Source: Antedon mediterranea
Lineage: Eukaryota > Animalia > Echinodermata
Assembly: GCF_964355755.1 (NCBI RefSeq)
Contig: NC_092670.1
Coordinates: 35,328,388 to 35,392,387 of the forward strand
Direction of reading: 5' to 3'
Length of the DNA stretch: 64,000 nt
The position numbers were made by a program, and so were the translations under genes. The notes under the pieces are model-generated. The model worked only from the letters and a program-made list of their open reading frames with translations, was not told the origin of the DNA and made no database searches. Shown one piece after another: positions 62,005 through 64,000 of this stretch; the first letter of the stretch is position 1, and every line of letters begins with the position of its first letter.

Positions 62005-64000
62005 TAGTGGCCATTTTTCAACAATTTTCCTGTACTATTAGTACAGGGATTTTTTTCGATAAATGGCCAAAATGTCATCTTTTTAAAATTCAATAATTAT
62101 GCGATAATATTGCAAAACCAAAAGGGTCGAAAATTGGCTATTTTTCGAAAAATTTCCTGTACAGGGAAATTTTCGAAAGATGGCCCAAAAATATCCACCT
62201 TTTAAAATTCAATAATTATGCGATAATATTGCCATATGTGTGCATATATTGTGTTATTATCATCTTATAGGGCCATAGTAACTAGTTACGTCAAAAATAA
62301 AAGGGTCGAAAATTGGATATTTTTCAAATATTTTCCTGTACTATAATACAGGGAAATTTTCTAAAAATTCAATAATTATGCGATAATATTGCCATATGTG
62401 TGCATATATTTTGTTATCATCATCTTATAGGGCCATAGTAAATACTTATGTTAAAAATAAAAGGGTCGAAAATTGGCTATTTTTAGAAATTTTCCTGTAC
62501 TATATTACAGGGAAATTTTCGAAAAATGACAAATTTTCGACCCTTTTATTTTTAGACATAAATGGTTACTATAGCATAATAAACATGCGCAGAGTCGAAT
62601 AATGGGTTTTGCGCATTTCAATTATGCTATAGTAACCAATTATGTCAAAAAATAAATTGGTCGAAAATTATTTTCAGATATAAATGGTTAATATAGCATA
62701 ATAAAAATGCGCAGAGTCGAATAATGGGTTCTGCGCATGTCAATTATGCTATAGTAACCAGTTATGTCAAAAAATAAAATGGTCGAAATTTGGCAATTTT
62801 TGGTAAAAATTCCTGTACTATAGTACAGGGAAAATTTTCGAAAAATGACCAATCTTCGACCATTTTATTTTTAGACATAAATGGTTACTATAGCATAATA
62901 AACATACGCAGAGTCAAATAATGGGTTCTGCGCATGTCAATTATGCTATAGTAACCAGTTATATCGAAAAATAAAAAGGTCGAAATTTGACCATTTTTGG
63001 AAAAAATCCCTGTACAGGGAAATTTTCAAAAAATGACCAATTTTCGACCCTTTTATTTTTAGACATAAATGGTTACTATAGCATAATAAACATGCGCAGA
63101 GTCGAATAATGGATTCTGCGCATGTCAATTATGCTATAGTAACCAGTTATGTCAAAAAATAAAATGGTCAAAAATTATTTTTAGACATAAATGGTTACTA
63201 TAGCATAATAAACATGCGCAGAGTCAAATAATGGGTTCTGCGCATGTCAATTATGCTATAGTAACCAGTTATATCGAAAAATAAAAAGGTCGAAATTTGA
63301 CCATTTTTGGAAAAAATCCCTGTACTATAGTACAGGGAAATTTTCCAAAAATGACCAATTTTCGACCCTTTTATTTTTAGACATAATTGGTTACTATAGC
63401 ATAATAAACATGCGCAGAGTCTAATAATGGGTTGTGCGCATGTCAATTAAGCTATAGTAACCAGTTATGTCAAAAAATAAAATGGCCGAAAATTATTTTT
63501 AAACATAAATGGTTACTATAGCATAATAAACATGCGCAGAGTTGAATAATGGATTCTGCGCATGTCAATTATGCTATAGTAACCAGTTATATCAAAAAAT
63601 AAAAAGGTCGAAATTTGGACATTTTTGGAAAAAATCCCTGTACTAGTACAGGGAAATTTTCGAAAAATTACCAATTTTCGACCCTTTTATTTTTAGACAT
63701 AAATGGTTACTATAGCATAATAAACATGAGCAGAGTCGAATAATGGATTCTGCGCATGTCAATTATGCTATAGTAACCAGTTATGTCAAAAAATAAAATG
63801 GTCGAAAATTATTTTTAGACATAAATGGTTACTATAGCATAATAAACATGCGCAGAGTCGAATAATGGGTTCTGCGCATGTCAATTATGCTATAGTAACC
63901 AGTTATATCGAAAAATAAAATGGTCGAAAATAATTTTTAGACATAAATGGTTGCTATAAGCATAATAAACATGCGCAGAGTCGAATAATGGGTTCTGCGC
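62005..64000. repeat. Palindromic (foldback) satellite with ~120-bp and ~195-bp monomers, running off the window end
   Basis: Arms ggttactatagcataat..catgcgcaga / tctgcgcatg..attatgctatagtaacc; second symmetry axis cctgtactatagtacagg in the long monomers. Confidence 0.95.

Noticed and set aside
62946-63446. Repeated MTCA..IIRLCACLLCYSN ORFs
   Set aside because: Translations of the palindromic satellite

Overview
AT-rich, repeat-dense eukaryotic (invertebrate animal) genomic DNA. The SINE/MITE repertoire is compatible with a marine invertebrate such as an echinoderm, which is an inference. One protein-coding gene is supported: a + strand, multi-exon class B1 (secretin-family) GPCR most similar to pigment-dispersing-factor (PDF) receptors. 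I assembled 13 coding exons (39546-60356) by hand with GT-AG sites and consistent phases, giving about 475 aa. It has no evident signal peptide, several non-canonical residues, and candidate alternative C-terminal exons. Nearly all ORFs in the supplied track are spurious. The rest is mobile DNA and tandem repeats: a decayed Academ(X)-type transposon with a nested Rex1/Babar LINE piece, an Academ-type MITE, a Helentron/DINE-1-like element carrying two tRNA-Val(AAC)-like cassettes, a Penelope-like hammerhead remnant fused to a palindrome holding a tRNA-like unit, tRNA-derived SINEs, RTE/CR1/L2 fragments, several MITE families, and 17/35/40/64-bp and palindromic satellites. No CRISPR or prokaryotic system is present. 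Best leads: the divergent PDFR-like receptor with switchable tails and clock-type motifs, the tRNA-carrying Helentron, the hammerhead/tRNA palindrome, and a strong excess of TAGGCCTA.
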